Shown in pieces: positions 18,201 to 25,840 of a stretch of DNA of 64,000 bases. The notes under the pieces are model-generated. The model did not search any database. It was given only the letters and a program-made list of their open reading frames with translations, and was not told the origin of the DNA. Numbering within the stretch: position 1 is the stretch's first letter; each line of letters starts with the position of its first letter. Source of the DNA: an uncultured Saccharofermentans sp. (GTDB lineage: Bacteria; Bacillota; Clostridia; Saccharofermentanales; UBA5734); the NCBI GenBank assembly GCA_963675845.1, contig OY776634.1, forward strand, positions 1,952,633-2,016,632, written 5' to 3'. The position numbers were made by a program, and so were the translations under genes.

Positions 18201-20081
18201 GATACTCAGAGGAAACTGGGATATGTCTATGACACATTTGGTAGAATATGGGAAATTACGCTTGCCCTTGGCACAGAAACACCAGAATTGGTTCGTGAGT
18301 ATAGTTATAAAACCAATGGAGATCTTGACTCTATTAAGAATTACCGTAATTTCGAAAATGACGGGACAGAGTATATTGAGCTAGTCTACGAACTGAACAA
18401 TGCCGGAATGACTTCCAAGATCACATATACTGATCATGCTGCTACTCAAGTCAAGAAAGAAGAATACATTCTGAGTTATGATAAGCGCGGGTATATTACA
18501 GATGAAACAATCTATACCAATTACGATTCAGCGCAGACGGTCATTAAGTCATTTGATTATGATGAGATTGGACGACTTGAAACCGCAACAGTAGGTAGTC
18601 AAACAACCAGCTATACTTACGACAGTGTTGGCAACCGTGAGTCTATGGACGATGAGACGGATCTGTTCGAGTACACCTATAATCAGTTCAATCAGTTGGA
18701 AACTGTCACTAAGAATAGCAGTGATTACCTCAGCTATTCCTTTGATGATCTTGGCAATCAAGTTGAAGAAGTACTGGTAGGTTACTTATCGGTGACGGTT
18801 GGAGAAACAACAACTACTTATGACCGGGAAACAAGTTTTGATTATAATCTTATGAACCGGTTGAGTGATCTTGAGATAACCACACCTGAGGCAGATGAAC
18901 TTGGTAATGTGACATATGATGTTGTCAGCACAACAAACACATATAACGCTGCTGGACAAAGGGTTAAACGACTCGAAGACGGCTATACAACAAAATACTA
19001 TTACAGTGGCAGTGCGTTGTTGTTCACGACAAATATCGATAATCATCTTTTGACTGAGAATATTCTTGATCTTGGTGGGAATATTGTTGCTTCATTAAGA
19101 TTTGATGCACAGAATCCGGATGATCCGTTTGAAGGTGATTTTTACTTCTACAATTATGATTGTCGAGGCAGCACTACATCAATAATTGCTCCCGATGGCA
19201 CGTTGACAACTGGATACTCATATGATGAGTTCGGTAATCAGGAATTAACTGGTTCATCTAGCTTCCTTAACGAAGTTACATTCACGGGTTCGGTTAGTGA
19301 TATTTCGTCAGGGCTACAATACATGAATGCGAGGTTCTATAACCCCACTACAGGACGATTCCTATCTCAGGATACGTATTCAGGTAATGCGTATGATCCT
19401 TGGACACAGCACTTATATGCTTATTGCGGGAACAATCCGGTTAATATGATAGATCCTACAGGTCATTCTGCCGAAGGAATTTTTGGTTCTGATTTAATGT
19501 CACAAATTCAAGGGGCAATTCAGCAAATTGGTATTTCAATTAGCAATCAAAAGGATAAATTTTTATCACTGAAAGAAGGTTGCTGGGCAGATGGAGGGGC
19601 ACCATTTGCAGACATAGCTATGGGCGTTGGTGCGCTTGCTTTATTAGGTTATTGTGTATACGAAGGTGTTAATACTTACTCACAAACCTTAACTATTGAC
19701 AAACCTGCTGCTGTAGAAAATGATGATGCGAAAGCGAAGGAAGCGGAAATTGATATTGTTAGTGAGATGAAACAGGGCAATGACATTCATCATATCGTTG
19801 CGCAAAAATCTCCATATGCTGTACCTGCAAGGCTAGTGCTTGAAAGTGTCAATATAGATCCCAAAACAAATCCTTTAAATCTGGTTCCTGTACCAAGAAC
19901 GTTCCATAGGATTATGCATACAAAGGGTTATTATGATTACGTTAATATTAGATTGAGTCCATATGAAGGTGATTTGGACGGTGTTATTATGACTCTTGCA
20001 TCGTTAGCTGCCGAAATTGAGTTCAGAGCGTATACTGGAAACAGATGGCCTGGTAAAATGGACTTCTTGGTATTTGATTGA
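12234..20081 (+). CDS. RHS/YD-repeat polymorphic toxin (DNRLRE domain, FN3-like modules, RHS shell, C-terminal nuclease toxin)
   Basis: 2615-aa ORF. DNRLRE-like block (YLRLGMP..SYHAYEDTG..LHRVTESWTSTGITW). FN3-like modules (VSWSPITNANHYHVYNG). RHS plug NGNLSYITTDMVLPDPF. Dozens of YD repeats (YxYDxxGN/R). RHS core end GRFLSQDTYSG..HLYAYCGNNPVNMIDPTGH, with DPTGH at 19452-19466. Confidence 0.92.
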   Translation: MTIDPSFTRSSSSDQYDTYINSGGEYYNYYNNVYLRLGMPTSTQLTRSYVQHILNNITGSVISASYHAYEDTGYTSTSYIDLHRVTESWTSTGITWHDDANFDSYLYSYNIVNHAGWYTYNLTKLVSEWYKNTYPNYGFILKDRYESTTSRRYRRFVSSDGSTKPYFTVSYTYAPTTAPSVSVSYASNGSGILNVSWSPITNANHYHVYNGSTLLGETTSATTSIQLTNIYPGTYNIRIRVANQYDHLSSYSPYCATKTVDDHVKPPLPTTFTAIGSFSGETGTITVDWSDVTDLPSAGASGLYLYEVGISINGGAYSPSNVLAPTSIKTYTNCADNTTYRFRIRTKDAHGNYSSTYKYSDEYYSPDKTGPDAPTSVSITPSGWTNDTSPLVAWSGIIDEGNHLNNVQYKIDSGAWTPTGSTTYTNGAFTLSGASLSEGAHTISIRGVDSSSNVGASASATYYKDTDAPEVSLEVSDLSPEGIIYIKATITNGTGSGFSDWALDYGLGNPASTFNTPVLASGTSLVNDQVIYEWDTSNLTENNYYTLRLTAKDSAVPSKNARSTYLILLKASGSVEVNAALQIDQPEVDGIDGYQPDINNIDQYAISSPETDVTYQRAEDGGISGLLPGKLYVSNQLHDEETSAGEGFTFNAADYDNGWTYPEGSIAFIYVQTEDSSGNELYSTGTMEALEITDTFNDQSKIESLINVNQASSQIVLDKWDGVNYYASGSFESTNEEFAGDISYIDLIVDQNIPSDGSIEYKVSVDNGNTWSNITPVSTDGGFTVDTNNRKYFTTNPIGDSVKLRAIVYKSTSQNSSPTINSWSINVRYTTYANAVLIDNTFPLNARGITNLVSTEHDKQAERIRLAYGVGSAFAAEGTIQSTVRYSSNDVISVCLEVDETINPGTDIVYKIYTNGKSEGENGQTIEPGLANNNEDWIEITNPGSQIVIEAILSGDGLYTPLLNSWKLVIKEKIAGEPHLIKLVDEPWNLSALTNANYMTLLRWEESDTDDVTYNVYRSTTPHFEPSEENRVAENLAANSWSDYNLNYGQEFFYKVTAVKVINGHERESLPSNEDNATIVSEGEMNKRLGLQDYWSYSGFNTGSGTGYVNVSNGNLSYITTDMVLPDPFLAVVMRRTYNSLADTTTPMGNGWDFSLNTRLMRAYDVNGDETGMILKDGDGSFHIFAKNLDGTYQSAKGTLMVLTHDTTLGEYQIRRKDNIVYHFDDQSMRLDGFSDNNGNTLSFDYDNRGNLKTVENTVGDIVELDYYVVNENQQIVQITDPDYSYINYHPDMLKSITWTEDTAINPVTISYTYEYDDDFNKLTRAYTVIENSVEYEEVFSYDPQTGELLTITDPEGNSTGISYDANDRIDIITDACEDANTYDFDYLSNNTSITSKYDTSVSYIFDSNGQVTSTTNPMGHTINYSYNNDLQVTSASYLNYVDGGSTPETVSTAMSYVDGNLETITAADGTVTTYSNYNSFNKPLSMSVSKSGETTRTTTYTYDTATGNLLTATDPEGKTTTNVYETVNGDPGYLTWVINDFDGKTHYIYNSKGQVEQVDAYIGSSYEYTSVSYAYDYNEDGFFQRVIATDALGIQTKTYYDRLGRTVKVVSDDDDDKYETASYDLVGNVRFSVDRMGYETEFQYDELNRLEHIIYPDDTISSIEYLKWNCDDNTNTGYGSNGEDADKVIRTAEVGGVQNIEYYDIAGRLVKTAISNGTGEIVTAHYEYDLIGNCTKVTDNAGRVSEAHYNELNQTTQSIVDPTGENIQSVFTYDMMGNNSSTTNGEGYTTTYSYDLDSRLDSVSQTINVGTQDEEDLITSYAYDIEDGGYIKNRVTDANGHVNEAWFDALGRKLFDYNIGDAGDSITIQTGYEYYDNGQIYLVTRNDGTKEKYTYTNLCQLKRIDYYESSESIENDSDDYVYYEYNDNGQLLLSSVYHDSDEVSTAYTYDSKGRTDTITEGDLNNGGLIVDYDYDASDRVTQISYAKDDTQRKLGYVYDTFGRIWEITLALGTETPELVREYSYKTNGDLDSIKNYRNFENDGTEYIELVYELNNAGMTSKITYTDHAATQVKKEEYILSYDKRGYITDETIYTNYDSAQTVIKSFDYDEIGRLETATVGSQTTSYTYDSVGNRESMDDETDLFEYTYNQFNQLETVTKNSSDYLSYSFDDLGNQVEEVLVGYLSVTVGETTTTYDRETSFDYNLMNRLSDLEITTPEADELGNVTYDVVSTTNTYNAAGQRVKRLEDGYTTKYYYSGSALLFTTNIDNHLLTENILDLGGNIVASLRFDAQNPDDPFEGDFYFYNYDCRGSTTSIIAPDGTLTTGYSYDEFGNQELTGSSSFLNEVTFTGSVSDISSGLQYMNARFYNPTTGRFLSQDTYSGNAYDPWTQHLYAYCGNNPVNMIDPTGHSAEGIFGSDLMSQIQGAIQQIGISISNQKDKFLSLKEGCWADGGAPFADIAMGVGALALLGYCVYEGVNTYSQTLTIDKPAAVENDDAKAKEAEIDIVSEMKQGNDIHHIVAQKSPYAVPARLVLESVNIDPKTNPLNLVPVPRTFHRIMHTKGYYDYVNIRLSPYEGDLDGVIMTLASLAAEIEFRAYTGNRWPGKMDFLVFD
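19467..20078 (+). other. Variable C-terminal toxin domain of the RHS protein: AHH-type HNH/EndoVII-fold nuclease
   Basis: Lies downstream of the DPTGH cleavage motif. Hydrophobic stretch APFADIAMGVGALALLGYCVY, then GNDIHHIVAQKSPYAVPARLVLESVNIDPKTNPLNLVPVPRTFHRIMHTKGYYDYV (HH at 19788-19793; N..V.VP...H...H..Y pattern). Confidence 0.6.
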
Positions 20082-20103
20082 GAAAAAGGAGGAAACAGCT
20101 TTA

Positions 20104-21000
20104 ATGAAAGTAATTACAAATAAATCATGCTTTTCAATAAATGCAAACGATAAATATTTGTCTGTAATTGGAGATGATATTAGCATTTATCGTCTTAAAG
20201 ATAATGTTCAAGTTTGCAGGATTAAAGGCTTTAGGTATAATAATTACTCAGAATTTATCAATGAAAATCATCTAATGGTTAAAAACACATTAGGCCAATA
20301 CAGGTTATATAATGTTGAAAACAGCGATTGTTTAAATGAGATAGTTATTGGAGGAATAGAAAAAAGTGCCCAAGACGTTCAATTCATCATGTCTCAGAGG
20401 AGGAAGTACTGCTTTGACGTATTAAAACAAGAAACATTTCAAAAAGCGAAGATTTATAAAATTGATATTGAAAGATGCGAAGTTGAAGAGTTTGCACATG
20501 TTTTGAGTTCAAGGGTAATTCGTAACTTAGGATATGATGAAAATTTAAACAGATTATACTTTCGGAACTCCGGGGCAGGTGAAAAAATTGATGGTTTCCC
20601 AACTATTATTGATGAAATAATTGAGTGTGATTTTAATACTCAGAGTATGAAGATCATAAATTCATTTCAGAATTTTATCAATAACAAATCGCTAGTTCTA
20701 TTTGCTAACAAATTCATCTTAAGGCAAGACATGAGCATTATAAATATATTCACAGGTAAAATTGATAATCAAGTTAATTATAACTTCAATCTAGAACGCA
20801 GTGAATATATTGCTAATTGCAAAATTCATGGTAATCGATACATAGTTATTGCTACAAATAAACGAATACTCATTTTAGATTTAGATTCAGGTAATCTATC
20901 ATATGAAATTTTCAAAAAGAGCAACTATACCTGTCTTGTAGGTGGAAATTTATATATCGGAGATTATGATGGAGTGTATTTAGTTGAAAATGTAATATAA
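20104..21000 (+). CDS. Candidate cognate immunity protein (298 aa, beta-propeller-like repeats)
   Basis: ATG 20104 lies 22 nt after the RHS stop and follows AAGGAGG (20086-20092). Very AT-rich. Recurrent strand-like motifs ISIYRLKDN, YRLYNVENS, ILILDLDSGN, GVYLVEN. No signal peptide. Confidence 0.6.
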   Translation: MKVITNKSCFSINANDKYLSVIGDDISIYRLKDNVQVCRIKGFRYNNYSEFINENHLMVKNTLGQYRLYNVENSDCLNEIVIGGIEKSAQDVQFIMSQRRKYCFDVLKQETFQKAKIYKIDIERCEVEEFAHVLSSRVIRNLGYDENLNRLYFRNSGAGEKIDGFPTIIDEIIECDFNTQSMKIINSFQNFINNKSLVLFANKFILRQDMSIINIFTGKIDNQVNYNFNLERSEYIANCKIHGNRYIVIATNKRILILDLDSGNLSYEIFKKSNYTCLVGGNLYIGDYDGVYLVENVI

Positions 21001-21035
21001 CTAGATTTCTGAATATTAATAGAAATCTAGTTTAG
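21001..21035 (+). terminator. Rho-independent terminator after the immunity gene
   Basis: Perfect 10-bp stem CTAGATTTCT/AGAAATCTAG with a 10-nt loop, followed by TTTAG. Confidence 0.55.
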
Positions 21036-21078
21036 ATGTTTTGAATATGCCTATTTTGCACATTATTCATGATAGCTA

Positions 21079-21343
21079 GTAAGCGTCCGAAGAACGACGC
21101 CTTAACAAGCCGGAACAGATGAAATCGATTAGCGACATCGTTCCTTCATAAAAGCGCTCCAAGTCATCAAGCTTTTCATCATATCCGGGTTTGTCCGGAA
21201 ATTACTTCCAGGTATAAGCATCAATAGGAACTGCAGGTATTTGAACGGATCCAGACCATTGGCCTGGGCCGTTTCAACAAGAGAATAAACGCATGCGCTG
21301 GCGTTGGCGCCTTTCGGAGATCCCGCGAACAGCCAGTTTTTAC
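21079..21343 (-). mobile_element. IS66-family element remnant 1 (terminal repeat plus last ~70 codons of transposase)
   Basis: Family-typical end GTAAGCGTCCG at 21079. Minus-strand reading of 21338-21129 gives NWLFAGSPKGANASACVYSLVETAQANGLDPFKYL...*, an IS66 transposase C-terminus. Cut at 21343/21344. Confidence 0.65.
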
Positions 21344-21944
21344 GTAAGCGTCAAAGAATCACATCTTGAAATTATTTTTTGACCCTGAGCTCAACCGGCA
21401 GGCTGCTCGACCAGGGCATCAGAGCGTCCCAATCCTCTGTGTTTGCAAATCCGCCGACAGGCAGCCGCTGCAACAGATACACCAGGTAATCATAGATTTT
21501 GAGCTTGTTCTCTTTGGCCGTGACAATCAGGCTATTAAGCATGGCGCTCGAGCGCGCACCGCGCTGCGTATTCGAGAATAGCCATGCCTTGCGACCAAGT
21601 ACAAATAGTTTCACTGAGCGTTCCGCCCGATTGTTATCTATCTCGCAAGCAGGGTCGTTCAGGTAAACGCGCAGTTTTTTCTCTTCGTTTAAACTGTATT
21701 GCATCGCTTCACGAAGTTTGCCGGTACAGCGGTTCTTGTTGGTTTTGCAGAACTCGAAATACTGGTCACAGACCGCCAAGCTTTTGGTTTGTCGAGCGGT
21801 CTGTTTCTGGCAGAATAGAAACCAGCCACTGTGGAAGTTAAGAAATCTGCCAGATGGAGAATAAAAACTCCACTGCCGCGCCCCCGAATCATGTATCCTT
21901 TTAGTTAGCCTAAAAACTGAAAGGAAGATCGGAGATGTTGACAA
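21344..21944 (-). mobile_element. IS66-family element remnant 2 (terminal repeat plus C-terminal part of transposase), inserted into remnant 1
   Basis: GTAAGCGTCAAAG end at 21344. ORF 21372-21944 contains EIDNNRAERSVKLFVLGRKAWLFSNTQRGARSSAMLNSLIVTAKENKL. The N-terminal two-thirds of a normal IS66 transposase is absent. The right boundary with the IS21 remnant is unresolved (about 21800-21934). Confidence 0.65.
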
Positions 21945-22690
21945 TGGAGCATATCTATCATATCAGGTATGAGTATTTCGAGAAAGGGAAAAGCAAACGG
22001 GAAATTTCCAGGACGACCGGGCATGCCCGTGAAACGGTAGCAAAGTATGTCGAGCAGGAGGATTTCAGCTTGCCCCAGCCCGTCAAGCGCAAACGCCGGA
22101 GCAAGACGGACCAGTACCGAGACCAGGTTTGGGAGTGGCTCATGGCAGACGAAACGGCACCGCGCAAGCAGCGACACAGTGCCATGTGCGTTTACAGACG
22201 GCTGAAGAAGCAGGCCGCGGCTGACAATAAGCCTTTCGATGTTTCGGACCGCGCGATTCGTGATCTGGTAGCGGATCTAAGGCTTGAGCTGGGTCAGCAA
22301 AAGCAGGCATCACTGCCGCTGCTGCATCCGGCGGGCGAAGCACAGGTGGACTTTGGCACCACCTACTTCTATGAAAAGGGCAGCTATTACGAAGGCAGCC
22401 ACCTGGCGCTGACGTTGCCACATTCGGATGCAAAATTCACTCAGCTCTTCAAAGGTGAGAACTTCGAATGGCTGGCGCAGGGCCTGAAGAATATCTTTGA
22501 GCACATTGGATATGTACCGACGGTTATCCGGTTTGATAATATGTCGACTGCAGTCAAGGCAATTAAGGCGCAGGGAGACCGTGAAATCACTGATAACTTC
22601 CGGCGCCTGCAGTGCCATTATGGATTTGACAGTAATTTTTGCAACCCGGCATCGGGGCATGAGAAAGGGTCGGTGGAGAACTCCTTAGAA
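21935..22690 (+). mobile_element. IS21-family istA transposase, 3-prime truncated
   Basis: HTH GKSKREISRTTGHARETVAKYV. DDE region GEAQVDFG..VIRFDNMSTAV..NPASGHEKGSVEN. Family-like sequence stops near 22690; the rest of the ORF reads into the tail of the MFS gene. No istB follows. Confidence 0.7.
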
Positions 22691-22767
22691 TTTATTAGTT
22701 ATGATTTCCTTTTTGCTAAAGCTCTTCATCTAATCGCTCATTACTGTTGCTTGTTCTCAGCCGCTTG

Positions 22768-23958
22768 CTATAAGGCGTTCCCGGCGACGCTTTCTTCTTC
22801 AGTGTCATCCGGAATTTTCCTGATGTTCCTCGCCAGAACATAATAGATCACCGCACCGAATAGCAGCGGTGTGATCATGACAAAATACATCTTGCTGTAT
22901 CCGAGCCAGGTGGCGATGATGCCTGCTGAGAGGCCGCCGATGCCGATGCCCGCGTCAAAGCCGGTGAAAAATGTCGCGTTTGCCGCGCCCCGGCGGCTGG
23001 CCGGCGCGTTGACGACGGCCATGGTCTGGAGACTGGTCTGAACAGTGCCGTAGGCCATGCCCTGGAGTACGGCGGCGACCAGGAACACGGGCAGCGAAGT
23101 CGAGCGGGAGAGCACGATCACGGAAGCGACCATCAGGATAAATCCGGGGAAGACGGTCGCATTGAACCCCAGGCGGTCAATGATCCGGCCGATCAGCGGC
23201 CGTACCACGAACAGGGCGATGGCGTAGCAGGTGAAAAACAGCGCGACGTTGTCGATGCCTACGCTTCGCCCGTAGAGTGCCGCGAAACTGAAAACCGACC
23301 CGATGACGATGCCGACAAAAACCATGACAATGGTCGGCCGGACAGCGGAGCGCTCATAGGGGGCAAAGCGGTTGCTGGTTGACTTTTCGACTTGGGGGAA
23401 GCGAATGATGATGGCAGCGATGAGGGCGACCAGCAACAATCCGAAGGCTGTGAATGTCATCGCCCGGTAGCCCAGTGCGTCCATGATGGTCAGCCCGATG
23501 ACCGGAGAGAGCGCCAGCGACAGGCTCTGGGACAGGGTGAAGTAGCCCATGCCCTCGCCGAAACGGCGCTTGGGAATGACGTCGGTCGCGATCGTGTTGC
23601 TGGATGTGGTCGATGTTCCCCAGCCGAAGCCGTGTAGGAATCGAATAGCCAGAATGACGGCGACAAACGGGAAGTAGCTGTAGAGGGCAGTCAGGCTGGA
23701 GATGATGACGATGCCGACCAGCAGGACGCCGCGTCGTCCTGCGTGATCCAGTTTGTAGCCGGCCAGTGGCCGAGCCAGCAGGGCGGCAACGGTGGACAAG
23801 GCGGTGCTGACACCGACGATGGTATCGGAACCACTTAATTCGCGGAGGAAAATGGGCAGGCTGGACAACTGCATCTGCCAGCCCAGGAACAGCAGGACGT
23901 TGATCAGGGCGATACCGATGAAGCTTTTGGTCCACAAGGGCGTTTGGGGTCGGATCAT
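22768..23958 (-). CDS. MFS transporter
   Basis: 396 aa, ~12 TMs, loop LAGYKLDHAGRRGVL (MFS motif A-like). Paralog of the upstream gene, with an ATGA-type overlap at 23955-23958. Confidence 0.88.
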   Translation of the reverse strand: MIRPQTPLWTKSFIGIALINVLLFLGWQMQLSSLPIFLRELSGSDTIVGVSTALSTVAALLARPLAGYKLDHAGRRGVLLVGIVIISSLTALYSYFPFVAVILAIRFLHGFGWGTSTTSSNTIATDVIPKRRFGEGMGYFTLSQSLSLALSPVIGLTIMDALGYRAMTFTAFGLLLVALIAAIIIRFPQVEKSTSNRFAPYERSAVRPTIVMVFVGIVIGSVFSFAALYGRSVGIDNVALFFTCYAIALFVVRPLIGRIIDRLGFNATVFPGFILMVASVIVLSRSTSLPVFLVAAVLQGMAYGTVQTSLQTMAVVNAPASRRGAANATFFTGFDAGIGIGGLSAGIIATWLGYSKMYFVMITPLLFGAVIYYVLARNIRKIPDDTEEESVAGNAL

Positions 23959-25208
23959 GTTCTTGATACCGGTCCTTCCTGCGATTCAATGTTTTCGATA
24001 GCCTTGGTTTTTATGGCATCAGGCTGATGACCGTCAGTGCTGACCGTGAATTTCCAGGCCAGCAGAAGGTACAAAGCCAGACCGATAATGACAAAGATGA
24101 TCAGAGACAGGACCATGGTCGAATAGCCCCAGGCCTGGGCCATATAGCCCGCGGCCAGGGAGCCGAAGCCGATGCCGCCGTCTAGGCCGGTGAAAAAGGT
24201 TGCGTTGGCAGCCCCGCGCCGCTCGTACGGCGCGTTGATCACGGCCATGGTCTGCAGGCTGGTCTGGGTCATGCCGAAACCGATGCCGAGCAGGGCGCCG
24301 CTGATTAGAAACATCGGCAGCGCGACTGCGCCGGATAGCAGGAACAAGGCAATGATGACCAGGACGAATCCGGGTAAAATGACTGTTTTGAAGCCGAATC
24401 TGTCGATCAGGCGGCCGATCAGGGTTCGGGTCAGCAGCAGCGCGCCGGCGTTAAAGGTGAAAAACAATCCGATGTTGCCGACATTGACTGAGGCGGCATA
24501 GAGCGTAATGAAGCTCAGTACCGCGCCAAATACGGCACAGACAAAAAAGACGATGATCGCAGGTCTTGCCGCGCTGATATCATACGGGGCAAAACCGGCT
24601 CGCCGACCAAGTGCGTTGGTATTTTTCTTGAACTTGATCCGGGTAGCCAGAAAAAACGAGAGCACCATCAGGGCGGCGGCACCGATTGTCATCCACCTGA
24701 AGCCCAGGGCGGACATCAGGGCCAGGCCGATCATCGGGGCGAACGCCATGCCGATGCTGTTGGTCAGGGCAAAATAGCCCATGCCCTCGCCAAAGCGGCT
24801 TTTGGGGATAATGTCTGTAGCCAGTGTCGAGCTGCCGGTTGAAGCCAGGCCGAATCCGAATCCGTTGATGATTCGGAAGAAAAGGAGCATGGCGATGAAC
24901 GCGGCCAAACTCGTGATCGCAGTCGACGCGGCCATGACCAGCAGGCCGGCGAACAGGATCCATTTACGCCCGAACCGATCAATCGCAAGCCCGGAGAACG
25001 GCCGGATCAGGAGCGACGCGATCGTGAACACGACGGTGACCCAGCCGATGTGAGAATCGTTGCCGCCGATGTCCTTGATGAAGGTCGGCAGGGTCGGTAT
25101 CATCATTGAGAAGCCAAAAGCCAGCACCAGGTTGATGATACTGATGCTGACAAATTCTTTGGTCCAGAGCGCGGCTTTCCCCATCTTATTCACCGTCCCG
25201 GCTGGCAA
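23955..25208 (-). CDS. MFS transporter (tandem paralog)
   Basis: 417 aa, loop LAIDRFGRKWILF. Collinear with 22768-23958. An alternative start ATG at 25184 lies 1 nt after the marR stop. Confidence 0.85.
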   Translation of the reverse strand: MPAGTVNKMGKAALWTKEFVSISIINLVLAFGFSMMIPTLPTFIKDIGGNDSHIGWVTVVFTIASLLIRPFSGLAIDRFGRKWILFAGLLVMAASTAITSLAAFIAMLLFFRIINGFGFGLASTGSSTLATDIIPKSRFGEGMGYFALTNSIGMAFAPMIGLALMSALGFRWMTIGAAALMVLSFFLATRIKFKKNTNALGRRAGFAPYDISAARPAIIVFFVCAVFGAVLSFITLYAASVNVGNIGLFFTFNAGALLLTRTLIGRLIDRFGFKTVILPGFVLVIIALFLLSGAVALPMFLISGALLGIGFGMTQTSLQTMAVINAPYERRGAANATFFTGLDGGIGFGSLAAGYMAQAWGYSTMVLSLIIFVIIGLALYLLLAWKFTVSTDGHQPDAIKTKAIENIESQEGPVSRT

Positions 25209-25647
25209 ATTCCAGCGCGCCTGTCCGTTGCTTTTCCTGTTGAATATTGCTGAACATTTTGTTCATCAGTTCAAACGCCTGCCGGGTCTGCTCAGCTGTC
25301 AGCCCGCGAACCAGAGCCTTTCGGATGTCGAGAACCACTTGTTCAACCAGCGGCGCGGCCTGTCGTCCGGCCCTGGTGAGATACAGCCGGGTGAAACGCT
25401 TGTCCGATTCGTCCCGCTTCTTGCTGACATAGCCCAGATCGATCAGATGCCGGATCGCTTTGGCTGTGGTTGATTTCTCCATATGCAGCATCTCGCAGAT
25501 TTCCTTCTGGGTGATGCCTTCCTGCTGCCAGATCACCCAGAGAAAAATATGGTTGCCTGATCGGATCGGCAGATCCCGCAATCTGTGATTGATCAAGCCG
25601 ACGATATTTCGGTAGATCGCGGCGTTCAGCTGTCCGATTTGCTCCAT
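25186..25647 (-). CDS. MarR family transcriptional regulator
   Basis: GITQKEICEMLHMEKSTTAKAIRHLIDLGYVSKKRDESDKRFTRLYLTRAG. First gene of the marR-MFS-MFS operon. Confidence 0.88.
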   Translation of the reverse strand: MEQIGQLNAAIYRNIVGLINHRLRDLPIRSGNHIFLWVIWQQEGITQKEICEMLHMEKSTTAKAIRHLIDLGYVSKKRDESDKRFTRLYLTRAGRQAAPLVEQVVLDIRKALVRGLTAEQTRQAFELMNKMFSNIQQEKQRTGALEFASRDGE

Positions 25648-25840
25648 TCAGTTTGCCCCCAATAATTTCAGCAGATAATTTTATTGGCTCGATTATACAG
25701 TATAATAGTTGACTGTTCAACTAATCCTGTGCGGAAGATCACCCGGGATGTCATCCGAAATGAACCGCCTTGGACACTTGGAATAGCCGGTCAGGACTGG
25801 TAAAATGACATAAATCCCATCGAAGAGAGGATGTGGCCGC

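Noticed and set aside
21372-21944. 190-aa ORF taken as an intact small transposase
   Set aside because: Only the C-terminal ~110 residues resemble IS66 transposases, which are normally ~500 aa. The N-terminal part of the ORF is read-through into foreign (IS21-flanking) sequence.
22690-22843. C-terminal 50 residues of the 302-aa IS21 ORF
   Set aside because: Family resemblance ends at ..GHEKGSVEN. The remainder is antisense to the 3-prime end of the MFS gene, so it is not part of a functional transposase.
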